A stretch of 20,000 nt of DNA from Myxococcota bacterium (GTDB lineage: Bacteria; Myxococcota; Myxococcia; Myxococcales; Myxococcaceae), in assembly GCA_049322255.1 (NCBI GenBank), contig JBMORE010000167.1, forward strand, positions 44,026 through 64,025. The letters run 5' to 3'. The first letter of the stretch is position 1; every line of letters begins with the position of its first letter. Made by a program: the position numbers and the translations under genes. Positions 1 to 6,522 of the stretch are shown one piece after another. The notes beneath the pieces were generated by a model. The model saw only the letters and a program-made list of their open reading frames with translations, searched no databases and had not been told where the DNA came from.

Positions 1-877
1 GCAGCTCGGCCTGGGCAGCGCCGGCGTGGTCGCGTGCGGCCGCCACCACCTCGGCGTCGAGCTTGTTCTGCGCCAGGGTGGCCAGAATCTTCGATTCGGG
101 GTCCTTCGCCGCCGTCTGCGCGCTCACCTTCGCCTGCTTGGCGCCGGCCACTTCGACCATGCCGCCGAGCACCTCACCCGAAGGAAGGGAGACCTTCCAC
201 AGGTGCTGGCCGGCAGGCACCTCTTTGACTTGCAACGGGGTAGCGCCCAGCGGCACGCCGTCGACGGTCACCATCGCGCCCTGCGGCGTCGACTCCACCA
301 AGAGCGAGCCCTTCGCCGACGTCTGCACGCGCCGGCGCTCGTCCTCCACCACTTTGGTGAAGAGCGCCGAGGTCTTCGCCAGCGGCAGCTCACGGGTGGG
401 CGCGAGGGCGAGCGCGGTGGCCAGACTCTGACGGCCCTCTTCGTCGCGGCCGGTGTTGAACTGCACCGCCGAGAGCAACGCATACACGTCGACCAGCTCT
501 CCGATGTCGGTGAGCCCCAAGCCGGCCGTCTTCAGCTCGGCGAGCGCCTGGGTGAGGGCCTCCTCGGCGAGGCGGAACTTGCGTTTCGCTCGGTGGGCTT
601 GGGCCTCCCCCAGCAGCTTGCGGGCCTTCTCCAGCCCGGGGGCGAAGGGGTCGCCGGCGGCGGGCTTGTGCGCGGCCACCACCTGCACCCCGTCGGTGTT
701 CTTGAGCTCGGTGGAAAGCATGCCCGCGGCCTTGAGGCCGGCGCGCTGGGGCACATCGCCAGAGAGCGCGGCGAAGGGGATGACCGCCAACTTCTTGGCC
801 GCCGCCTCCTCCGTCTGCGCCAGCGAGGCGAAGGAAACCAGCGCACACACGGCCGCCGGGACGAGGGTTCTGTTCAT
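1..877 (-). CDS. PEGA domain-containing exported protein (3' end runs off the window)
   Basis: Not in the ORF track because there is no stop in the window. Manual translation from ATG 877 gives MNRTLVPAAVCALVSFASLAQTEEAAAKKLAVIPF..., i.e. a signal peptide, a helical TPR-like segment, then GSLLVESTPQGAMVTVDGVPLGATPLQVKEVPAGQHLWKV, a typical PEGA motif. The frame is open to position 1. Confidence 0.85.
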   Translation of the reverse strand, partial: MNRTLVPAAVCALVSFASLAQTEEAAAKKLAVIPFAALSGDVPQRAGLKAAGMLSTELKNTDGVQVVAAHKPAAGDPFAPGLEKARKLLGEAQAHRAKRKFRLAEEALTQALAELKTAGLGLTDIGELVDVYALLSAVQFNTGRDEEGRQSLATALALAPTRELPLAKTSALFTKVVEDERRRVQTSAKGSLLVESTPQGAMVTVDGVPLGATPLQVKEVPAGQHLWKVSLPSGEVLGGMVEVAGAKQAKVSAQTAAKDPESKILATLAQNKLDAEVVAAARDHAGAAQAEL

Positions 878-994
878 GGCGCGGCGCAGACTAGCGCACA
901 GGAGGGGTGTGCCCAACAGTCCCCCTTGCGCCGCGCTCGCCCGTGCTCAGGTTTGGGCCTTTCGTCGTTGGGTGGGCGTCGCCGGGGGTGCACG

Positions 995-1387
995 ATGGGA
1001 AAAGAGAAGGGGGTCATCTTGCTCGCGGAGGACGACCCGGATCAGGTCGAGGTGTTGAGCGAGTTTCTCCGCCACGAAGGATACGAGGTGCTGGTGGCCG
1101 ATCGCTCGCTCGAGGTCATTCGGCAGCTGCGGGAAAACCCCGACGTGGTGCTGCTCGACCTCATCGGGGTGTCGAGCCCCGCTCTGGTCCGCGCCCTTTT
1201 GGTGGCACCTTCACGCCCCGCGGTGGTGCTGGTGTCGGCGGACAGCGCGGTGGCCCAGAAGGCCAAGGAGCTGGGGGCAGCGGCCTACCTGGCCAAGCCC
1301 TTCGAGCTCGACCAGCTCATCGACCTCATCGAAGCGGCGATGCGCCCGCGGCGCGCCCGTCGAGTGGAGGAAACGTCGCATCCATGA
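995..1387 (+). CDS. Single-domain response regulator (CheY-like receiver), 130 aa
   Basis: C-terminal part of track ORF 26..1387, from ATG 995. Motifs: ILLAEDD, VVLLDL (phosphoacceptor Asp), VVLVSA, GAAAYLAKPF. No output domain. Confidence 0.9.
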   Translation: MGKEKGVILLAEDDPDQVEVLSEFLRHEGYEVLVADRSLEVIRQLRENPDVVLLDLIGVSSPALVRALLVAPSRPAVVLVSADSAVAQKAKELGAAAYLAKPFELDQLIDLIEAAMRPRRARRVEETSHP

Positions 1388-1408
1388 GGCAGGCGACCGG
1401 CCGGCAGT

Positions 1409-1414
1409 TACAAT
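1409..1414 (+). promoter_or_regulatory. Putative sigma70-type -10 element (TACAAT) of the metallophosphoesterase-MNT-HEPN unit
   Basis: Near-consensus -10 hexamer in GC-rich DNA, 10 nt before ATG 1425, with no SD. Confidence 0.5.
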
Positions 1415-1424
1415 GCCGGGGCCG

Positions 1425-2279
1425 ATGCGCTTCCTTCACTGCTCGGATGTCCACGTCACCACCAACTACTTCGCCCGCCCCAAGTGGGAGCTGGGGTGGC
1501 GCCGGTGGATTGCCCTCTTCGAGCTGGGCTTGGGCGGCCGGGCGCGCGACTACCTCGACGCCCCTTCGGTGCTGCGTCGCATCGTGCACGACCTCGCGCG
1601 CCACCGCGCCGACCATCTCATCGTCTCCGGTGACGTCACCGCCTACGGCATGGAGGAGGAGTTCTTAGGCGCGCGGGAGGCGCTGCTCCCAGTGGTGGAG
1701 GACAAGCGCAGGTGTACCATCATCCCCGGTAACCACGACACCTACACCCCAGTCACCGTGGCCGCGCGGTACTTCGAGCGGCAGTTCGGCCACCTTTTGG
1801 ACAGCGACCTGCCCGGGTTGGCCAAAGAAGGGCCGTATCCCTTCGTGCGCCTGGTCGGGGAGCAGGCGGCAGTGGTGGGGCTGTGCTCGGCGCGGGTGCC
1901 GTTGATGCCCGGGTTTTCCTTCGGCTACGTCGGAAAGCGCCAGCTGGAGGGCCTGCGCGAGGTGGTGAACGATGAGCGGCTCAAGGAGCGCGCCTTGCTC
2001 GTGGCGGTGCACCACGCTCCTTTGGCGAAGAGCGGTGGGCGGGACAAGCCGCTGCACGGGCTGGTCGACGCCGAGGCGTTGATGCGTCTTTTGCCCGGCC
2101 CGCGCTTCGCGGTGCTGCACGGCCACATCCACCAGCGCTACCACCACCCGGCCACCACCACCCGCCCCCATCTGTTCGGCGCCGGTTCCTCGACCCAGAA
2201 GGGCAAGGAGGGTTACTGGCTCATCGAGGTGGAAGCTGGGCGAGTCAAAGGCGGTACGATGCATGTCCCGGGAGCATGA
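1425..2279 (+). CDS. Calcineurin-like metallophosphoesterase, CpdA/Icc-like (possible cyclic nucleotide phosphodiesterase)
   Basis: All five motifs are present: SDVH, SGD, PGNHD, VHH(AP), LHGHIH. Start placed at ATG 1425 (MRFLHCSDVH), 10 nt after TACAAT; the alternative start is 1413. Confidence 0.88.
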   Translation: MRFLHCSDVHVTTNYFARPKWELGWRRWIALFELGLGGRARDYLDAPSVLRRIVHDLARHRADHLIVSGDVTAYGMEEEFLGAREALLPVVEDKRRCTIIPGNHDTYTPVTVAARYFERQFGHLLDSDLPGLAKEGPYPFVRLVGEQAAVVGLCSARVPLMPGFSFGYVGKRQLEGLREVVNDERLKERALLVAVHHAPLAKSGGRDKPLHGLVDAEALMRLLPGPRFAVLHGHIHQRYHHPATTTRPHLFGAGSSTQKGKEGYWLIEVEAGRVKGGTMHVPGA

Positions 2280-2620
2280 GAAGCGTGCGCGCGAAACTGC
2301 CCACCCACATTCGCCAGGCGGTGCTGGACTTCCAGGCGAGGGTGCGCGCACGGTTCGGCCCGAGGCTGAGCGACATGCGCATCTTCGGCTCCTATGCGCG
2401 GGGCGACTGGGGACCAGAGTCTGACGTCGACGTGTTGACCGTGGTCGAGGGTCTCACCGAGCGTGAGCGGCGCGAAATCTTCGAGCTCGCTGAGGAGGTC
2501 TTCTTCGAGAGGATGATTCGCCTTTCGCCCCTCGCCTTCTCCGCCGCCGAGTATGAGGAGCATCGCGCGCGAGAGTATCAGCTCATCGCCGACATCCAGG
2601 CGCAGGGGGTGGTGCCGTGA
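2276..2620 (+). CDS. Minimal nucleotidyltransferase (MNT, Pol-beta superfamily)
   Basis: FGSYARGDWGPESDVDVL matches the GS-x10-DxD signature. 114 aa, ATGA overlap with the upstream gene and GTGA overlap with the HEPN gene. Confidence 0.92.
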   Translation: MRSVRAKLPTHIRQAVLDFQARVRARFGPRLSDMRIFGSYARGDWGPESDVDVLTVVEGLTERERREIFELAEEVFFERMIRLSPLAFSAAEYEEHRAREYQLIADIQAQGVVP

Positions 2621-3027
2621 CCGAGGGAAACCGCCAGCGCAACATCGAGCTCGAGGTGGAAAAAGGGCAGGCCAGCTTGAAGGCCGCCGAGCTGTGCCTC
2701 CAGGCTTCTCTGTGGGACGACGCGGTAAGCCGCGCGTATTACGGGGCGTTGCATTTCGTGCAGGCGCTCCTACTCACCGCGGGGCTGGAGGCGCGAAGTC
2801 ACCACGGGGTGCACGACCTTTTCTTCCTGCACTTCGTTCGTCCCGGCACTGTGTCCGCCCGGGTGTCCAAGCTCTTCGCCGGGCTGCAGAAGTACCGCGA
2901 GGAGGCGGATTACGCCCGGGCGTTCCGTTTCTCCGAGCAAGGAGCGCGCGAGGAGGTCGCCAACGCGCTCGAGATCCGCGACGAGGTGAAGAAGCTCCTC
3001 GTCAAGGATGGGTGGACGGCGCCGTAG
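2617..3027 (+). CDS. HEPN domain protein (UPF0332/COG1895-like), partner of the MNT
   Basis: AVSRAYYGALH, RSHHGV and KYREEADY (R-x4-Y) motifs. 136 aa, directly coupled behind the MNT. Confidence 0.9.
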   Translation: MTEGNRQRNIELEVEKGQASLKAAELCLQASLWDDAVSRAYYGALHFVQALLLTAGLEARSHHGVHDLFFLHFVRPGTVSARVSKLFAGLQKYREEADYARAFRFSEQGAREEVANALEIRDEVKKLLVKDGWTAP

Positions 3028-3041
3028 AGGCGCGGCGGAGC

Positions 3042-3902
3042 TCAGTCCTCCCGAGGGCGGAGACCCCGACTTCGGTGGCCTGACATCACAGCTCCGATGG
3101 TGCCGGTGACCTTGTTCAAGGAGAAATGGAAGAAGTGCCCATAGCCATCGCGTGGATCGAGCGTGAGTTGGTACTCCTCCTCGTCCTCGCCAATCTTGAC
3201 TTCGAATTCTTCTTTGACCCAGTCGAGGCCGGAAGTCACACTGCCGTAGACGCCGAAATCGCCGTTTTTTCGAAAGGCGCGGTCGATGTGCTCCCGCTCA
3301 GCGGAAGAGAGGAGGCGCGCCGCCCGGAGATCGGGGAAGTCGACCCACTTCACCGCTTGCACACTGCTCTGCGAAAGGTCGAGCTCGAAACAAACCAGGG
3401 AGCGGTGCGGTGCGCGAAAATAGAGGACTGCGGTCGTGCCAAAGCTGCGTGATGCCGCCAGCGAAAGGCCATCGAGGGTTTCTCTGTCTCGAGAGTACAT
3501 TTCTACTTCGCCCGAATTGTCGGGCGGGCACGTGCGTATGCTTTCGAGCCCCTTGGAGACGCCGGTGACGACCAAGTAGTTGTTCATGGGCTCGATCAAC
3601 CAAAGCTCGTTCTCCCGCTTCAGAATCTCGTCGACGCGCTTGAGCTGTTCGGCCGAAAGCTCGGGGCCCATGGGAATTTTCGGACCTGAGTGGCTCATCG
3701 CGCCGTTCTTTCGAACCTGAAGCTGAAAAGTCAGGTGCGGTGGCGTGCGCATGGTGAGCGAAAGCTCATACCGTCGCCACTTGGCCGTGCCTTGCACGTC
3801 GAAGTCCTTCTCCAGCCCCGCGAGCCCGTTCGCCCAAGCCTCCCCGTACCGGCGAAAGTTGTCGTCGAGAAAGGTTCGGTCTGCCTGGCTGAGAGGAGCC
3901 AT
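3042..3902 (-). CDS. Hypothetical protein with three diverged internal repeats, 286 aa
   Basis: Protein-like composition, fills the gap between flanking genes, and internal repeats are visible in the translation. The DNA is visibly more AT-rich than its neighbours. Confidence 0.75.
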   Translation of the reverse strand: MAPLSQADRTFLDDNFRRYGEAWANGLAGLEKDFDVQGTAKWRRYELSLTMRTPPHLTFQLQVRKNGAMSHSGPKIPMGPELSAEQLKRVDEILKRENELWLIEPMNNYLVVTGVSKGLESIRTCPPDNSGEVEMYSRDRETLDGLSLAASRSFGTTAVLYFRAPHRSLVCFELDLSQSSVQAVKWVDFPDLRAARLLSSAEREHIDRAFRKNGDFGVYGSVTSGLDWVKEEFEVKIGEDEEEYQLTLDPRDGYGHFFHFSLNKVTGTIGAVMSGHRSRGLRPRED

Positions 3903-3914
3903 TGACAGCGGGCG

Positions 3915-4211
3915 CTATGGCGGCTCCACGCCCGAGCACTCCGTGGGTGCAGGAGCGCCGCAGTCCGCTTTGAGGATGGCCTTGGCGCACTCGGCGGTGC
4001 GGTCGGCGCGGTCCTTGGGCACCGAGGCGGCCGTGGCGTTGCGGCAGCGTCGCGAAACGAGGACGCAACGCTCCTTGCCGTCGTTGCGGCAGCTGGTGGC
4101 GTGGCACTGCGCCCCCGCCCACAAATCGCACAGCCACTTCTCGCTGTACTCGTCGGGCTTGGCGCCCGGCATCAGAAGAGCCACCGCGATGGTCAACGCC
4201 GAGAAGGACAT
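3915..4211 (-). CDS. Small secreted cysteine-rich protein (8 Cys), 98 aa
   Basis: Hydrophobic N-terminus MSFSALTIAVALLMPGA and eight Cys in the mature part. TACAAT lies upstream on the minus strand (4241-4246), and the gene ends 12 nt before the next minus-strand gene. Confidence 0.75.
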   Translation of the reverse strand: MSFSALTIAVALLMPGAKPDEYSEKWLCDLWAGAQCHATSCRNDGKERCVLVSRRCRNATAASVPKDRADRTAECAKAILKADCGAPAPTECSGVEPP

Positions 4212-4240
4212 GGGTCGCCTTTCGCCAAAGAGCCGCGCGC

Positions 4241-4274
4241 ATTGTACCTTAAGGCCGCGCGAGTGAAGTAGAAC
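4241..4274. promoter_or_regulatory. Putative back-to-back promoters: TACAAT on minus (4241-4246) and TAGAAC on plus (4269-4274)
   Basis: AT-rich hexamers in the 71-bp gap between the divergent Cys-rich gene and the cyclase. Confidence 0.4.
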
Positions 4275-4282
4275 GTGGCGAG

Positions 4283-5944
4283 ATGGATTCGACCCTTCCC
4301 GCCGCCGGCGACCTATCCATCGAGGAATTGAAGATGCTCCGGTTCCTCAACCGGGCGGTCGACGACGTCTTGGAAGAATCGCTCAAGGAACGGGAGAGCC
4401 TCTCTCAAACCTTCCGCCGCGCCTTCCCCCACATTCTCTCTCTCACCGGAGCCAAGGGCATCGCGGTCACCACCCTCGACGAGGAGCTGGTCGAGCGCAC
4501 GTTTCACTTAGGGGACTTCGGTGACACTTTTCCCGGTGTGCTTTTGGCCAGCCACCCTTGGGGCGCCCAGCGGGTGGGGACCGATACCCTGGTCACTCAA
4601 GCGCTCGACGTGGTGGGAATGAAGATGGGCACCTTGGGGCTCTTCTTCGCCGGAGACCAGACCAGCCCGGTGAGCTCGGCGCGGCTTCTACGAATGCTCG
4701 AAACCATCGCCGAGGAGCTGGACACGGTGCTGGCCTCCATCCAGACCGCGGCGGAGAAGCACCAGCTCATCGTGCAGCTGAACCAGTTTCTCTCGAACCG
4801 GGTGTTCGAGGTGGGCATGGACAAGGCGGTGCTGGCGCTGGCCGAGCGCATCAAGCTGCCCGGCTTCATGCTCCTCTACCGGGACGCGGTGGATTCGAAC
4901 GCCCTGCGCTACCGGGTGTACCGCTACGGGCACTTGGAGCACGACTCGGCGCAAAGCCCGTTCCCGCTGCTCGACGAGGCGATTCGCACCCACGGGTCCA
5001 CCCTCATCGGCGGCGGCGATGACCAGCTGCGAAAGGTGCTCGGCTCGCACCGCTCCGCCGAGTCGGTGGTCATTTCTGGCTTAGGAGTGGGGACGGCCAA
5101 CATCCTGGGCAAGCTCTTGGTGTGGTCGGAGGGCGAGGGCTTCTCCGCCTACGCCATGGACCTCATTCGCGTGCTCTCTTCGACGTTGTCCCAGCGGCTC
5201 ATCGACTACAACCGCGAGCGCATTCACTTAGGGCAGTTCTTCTCCGCCCCGGTCATCGACGAGCTGCTCCACGACCCCGACTACGAGGTGCGCTACCTCA
5301 CCCCGCGCGACGAGGAGGTGGGCATTCTCTTCGCCGACATCAACGGGTTCACCCGCATCTGCGAGCTTGTGCTGGAGAAGCCGGAGAAGATCGGCCAGTT
5401 CGTCGACGACTGGAGCACCGAGGTGGTGGACATCCTGTGGAAGCACGGCGGGGTGTTCGACAAAATGGTCGGTGACTGCGTCATCGGGCTGTTCGGGCCG
5501 CCCTTCTTCCGTTCCTCGCGGGTGGAGCGGGCGGAGAGCGCGGTGCGCGCGGCGCTGGAGATTCAGGCCTTCACTCGGGACAAGATGAGCGCTCACCCCG
5601 AGGTGGCGCGCATCAGCGAGCTGATTTCGCTGCCTGGGCTGGGCGTGGCCGTCGGCCTCAACCTGGCCCACGCTTTTTGCGGGCTGTTCGGCCCCAACCG
5701 AAACTACACCGGCTTCTCCACCGGGATGAACCAGACCGCCCGGCTGCAGGCCTTGGGCTCCTTTCGCGAGACTTTGGTGATGGAGCCGGTGCGCCAGGCG
5801 CTCGAGCACAGCGCCGACCCGCGGCTACGCGCGCTCACCTACGGGCCGCTCACCGAAACCCCGGTGAAGAACGTCGCCCAGCCCTTGCGGCACTTCACGC
5901 TGAGCGAGCCTTCGCCTCAGGCTTCCAGCCGCTCCCCCACGTAG
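4283..5944 (+). CDS. Class III adenylate/guanylate cyclase with N-terminal GAF-like sensor region, 553 aa
   Basis: Motifs: ILFADINGFT (metal-binding Asp 1), DKMVGDCVIGLFG (Lys and metal-binding Asp 2), YTGFSTGMNQTARLQ (Thr, catalytic Asn and Arg), C-terminal VKN. No transmembrane segment seen. Confidence 0.92.
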   Translation: MDSTLPAAGDLSIEELKMLRFLNRAVDDVLEESLKERESLSQTFRRAFPHILSLTGAKGIAVTTLDEELVERTFHLGDFGDTFPGVLLASHPWGAQRVGTDTLVTQALDVVGMKMGTLGLFFAGDQTSPVSSARLLRMLETIAEELDTVLASIQTAAEKHQLIVQLNQFLSNRVFEVGMDKAVLALAERIKLPGFMLLYRDAVDSNALRYRVYRYGHLEHDSAQSPFPLLDEAIRTHGSTLIGGGDDQLRKVLGSHRSAESVVISGLGVGTANILGKLLVWSEGEGFSAYAMDLIRVLSSTLSQRLIDYNRERIHLGQFFSAPVIDELLHDPDYEVRYLTPRDEEVGILFADINGFTRICELVLEKPEKIGQFVDDWSTEVVDILWKHGGVFDKMVGDCVIGLFGPPFFRSSRVERAESAVRAALEIQAFTRDKMSAHPEVARISELISLPGLGVAVGLNLAHAFCGLFGPNRNYTGFSTGMNQTARLQALGSFRETLVMEPVRQALEHSADPRLRALTYGPLTETPVKNVAQPLRHFTLSEPSPQASSRSPT

Positions 5945-6303
5945 GGGCGGATGAAGTGTATCCACCGGCGAGAGTCGATCTCCACCCGCCACTCGCTGTT
6001 GGGCAGGAAGGGGATGCGCGGGGAGAGGAAGGACTCCAGGCAGTCGGCTGCTTTCATCGGCGAGAGGTTCGCCCCGCGGAAGGCCACTCGCAGGTAAACC
6101 TCCAGGGTGGGGGTGACGTCGACCGAGGCGCAGATCCACAAGCTGCCGACCCGCCGCTGGTACGCCGGGTTCTGTCCCGGCCGAGCCGTCGGCTCGAAGC
6201 CGATGCGGGCGAGTGAAACCCAGTTCTTCGCCTCGAGGATGTAGTCGAGCAGCTCGCGCCCTGCCTGCTCTATCGTCGTCGCCTGGTCGATCGCCAGCAT
6301 CAC
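5917..6303 (-). CDS. Hypothetical protein, 127-128 aa
   Basis: Protein-like alpha/beta composition and a strong SD (GAGGGAGG) just upstream of GTG 6303/ATG 6300. Overlaps the cyclase 3' end convergently by 28 nt. Confidence 0.75.
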   Translation of the reverse strand: MMLAIDQATTIEQAGRELLDYILEAKNWVSLARIGFEPTARPGQNPAYQRRVGSLWICASVDVTPTLEVYLRVAFRGANLSPMKAADCLESFLSPRIPFLPNSEWRVEIDSRRWIHFIRPYVGERLEA

Positions 6304-6522
6304 CGGCCTCCCTCGTTGATGCCTGGAGAGAAACGATCTTCCAACGACCCCATGAACTGCAAGACCGTCAGAACGATTTGTTGCGGGGTTGCGCGGAGCG
6401 GCTTGACGTTTTCAGTGCGCGTCGTTCACGGCACGCCCTTTCACTTTGCGGAGAGTCTTTGAGCGGCGCCCTCAACCCCCCTTGGCGCCGAGGTAGGCTG
6501 TTCACCCCCTGTGAGGTGATGG

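Noticed and set aside
26..994. Long N-terminal extension of the 453-aa plus-strand ORF
   Set aside because: It is the antisense shadow of the PEGA gene; only the part from ATG 995 is a real receiver domain.
2276..4211. Mobile element or island with defined ends
   Set aside because: No integrase, transposase, terminal inverted repeats or target duplication was found; only gene content and composition hint at accessory origin.
2276..5944. CBASS or Pycsar anti-phage system (nucleotidyltransferase, cyclase and HEPN close together)
   Set aside because: The NTase is a 114-aa MNT, not a CD-NTase. The cyclase has adenine-type Lys/Thr residues and a sensory N-terminus, with no adjacent cNMP-binding TIR or TM effector, and it is separated from MNT-HEPN by opposite-strand genes.
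6304..6522. Possible ncRNA/riboswitch or sigma54 promoter (CGGCACG-CCCT-TTCA; CGGCGCC/GGCGCCG stem at 6464-6490)
   Set aside because: The -12 GC of a sigma54 promoter is missing, the stem is short and GC-only, and no known RNA motif was recognised. It is probably an ordinary divergent promoter region.
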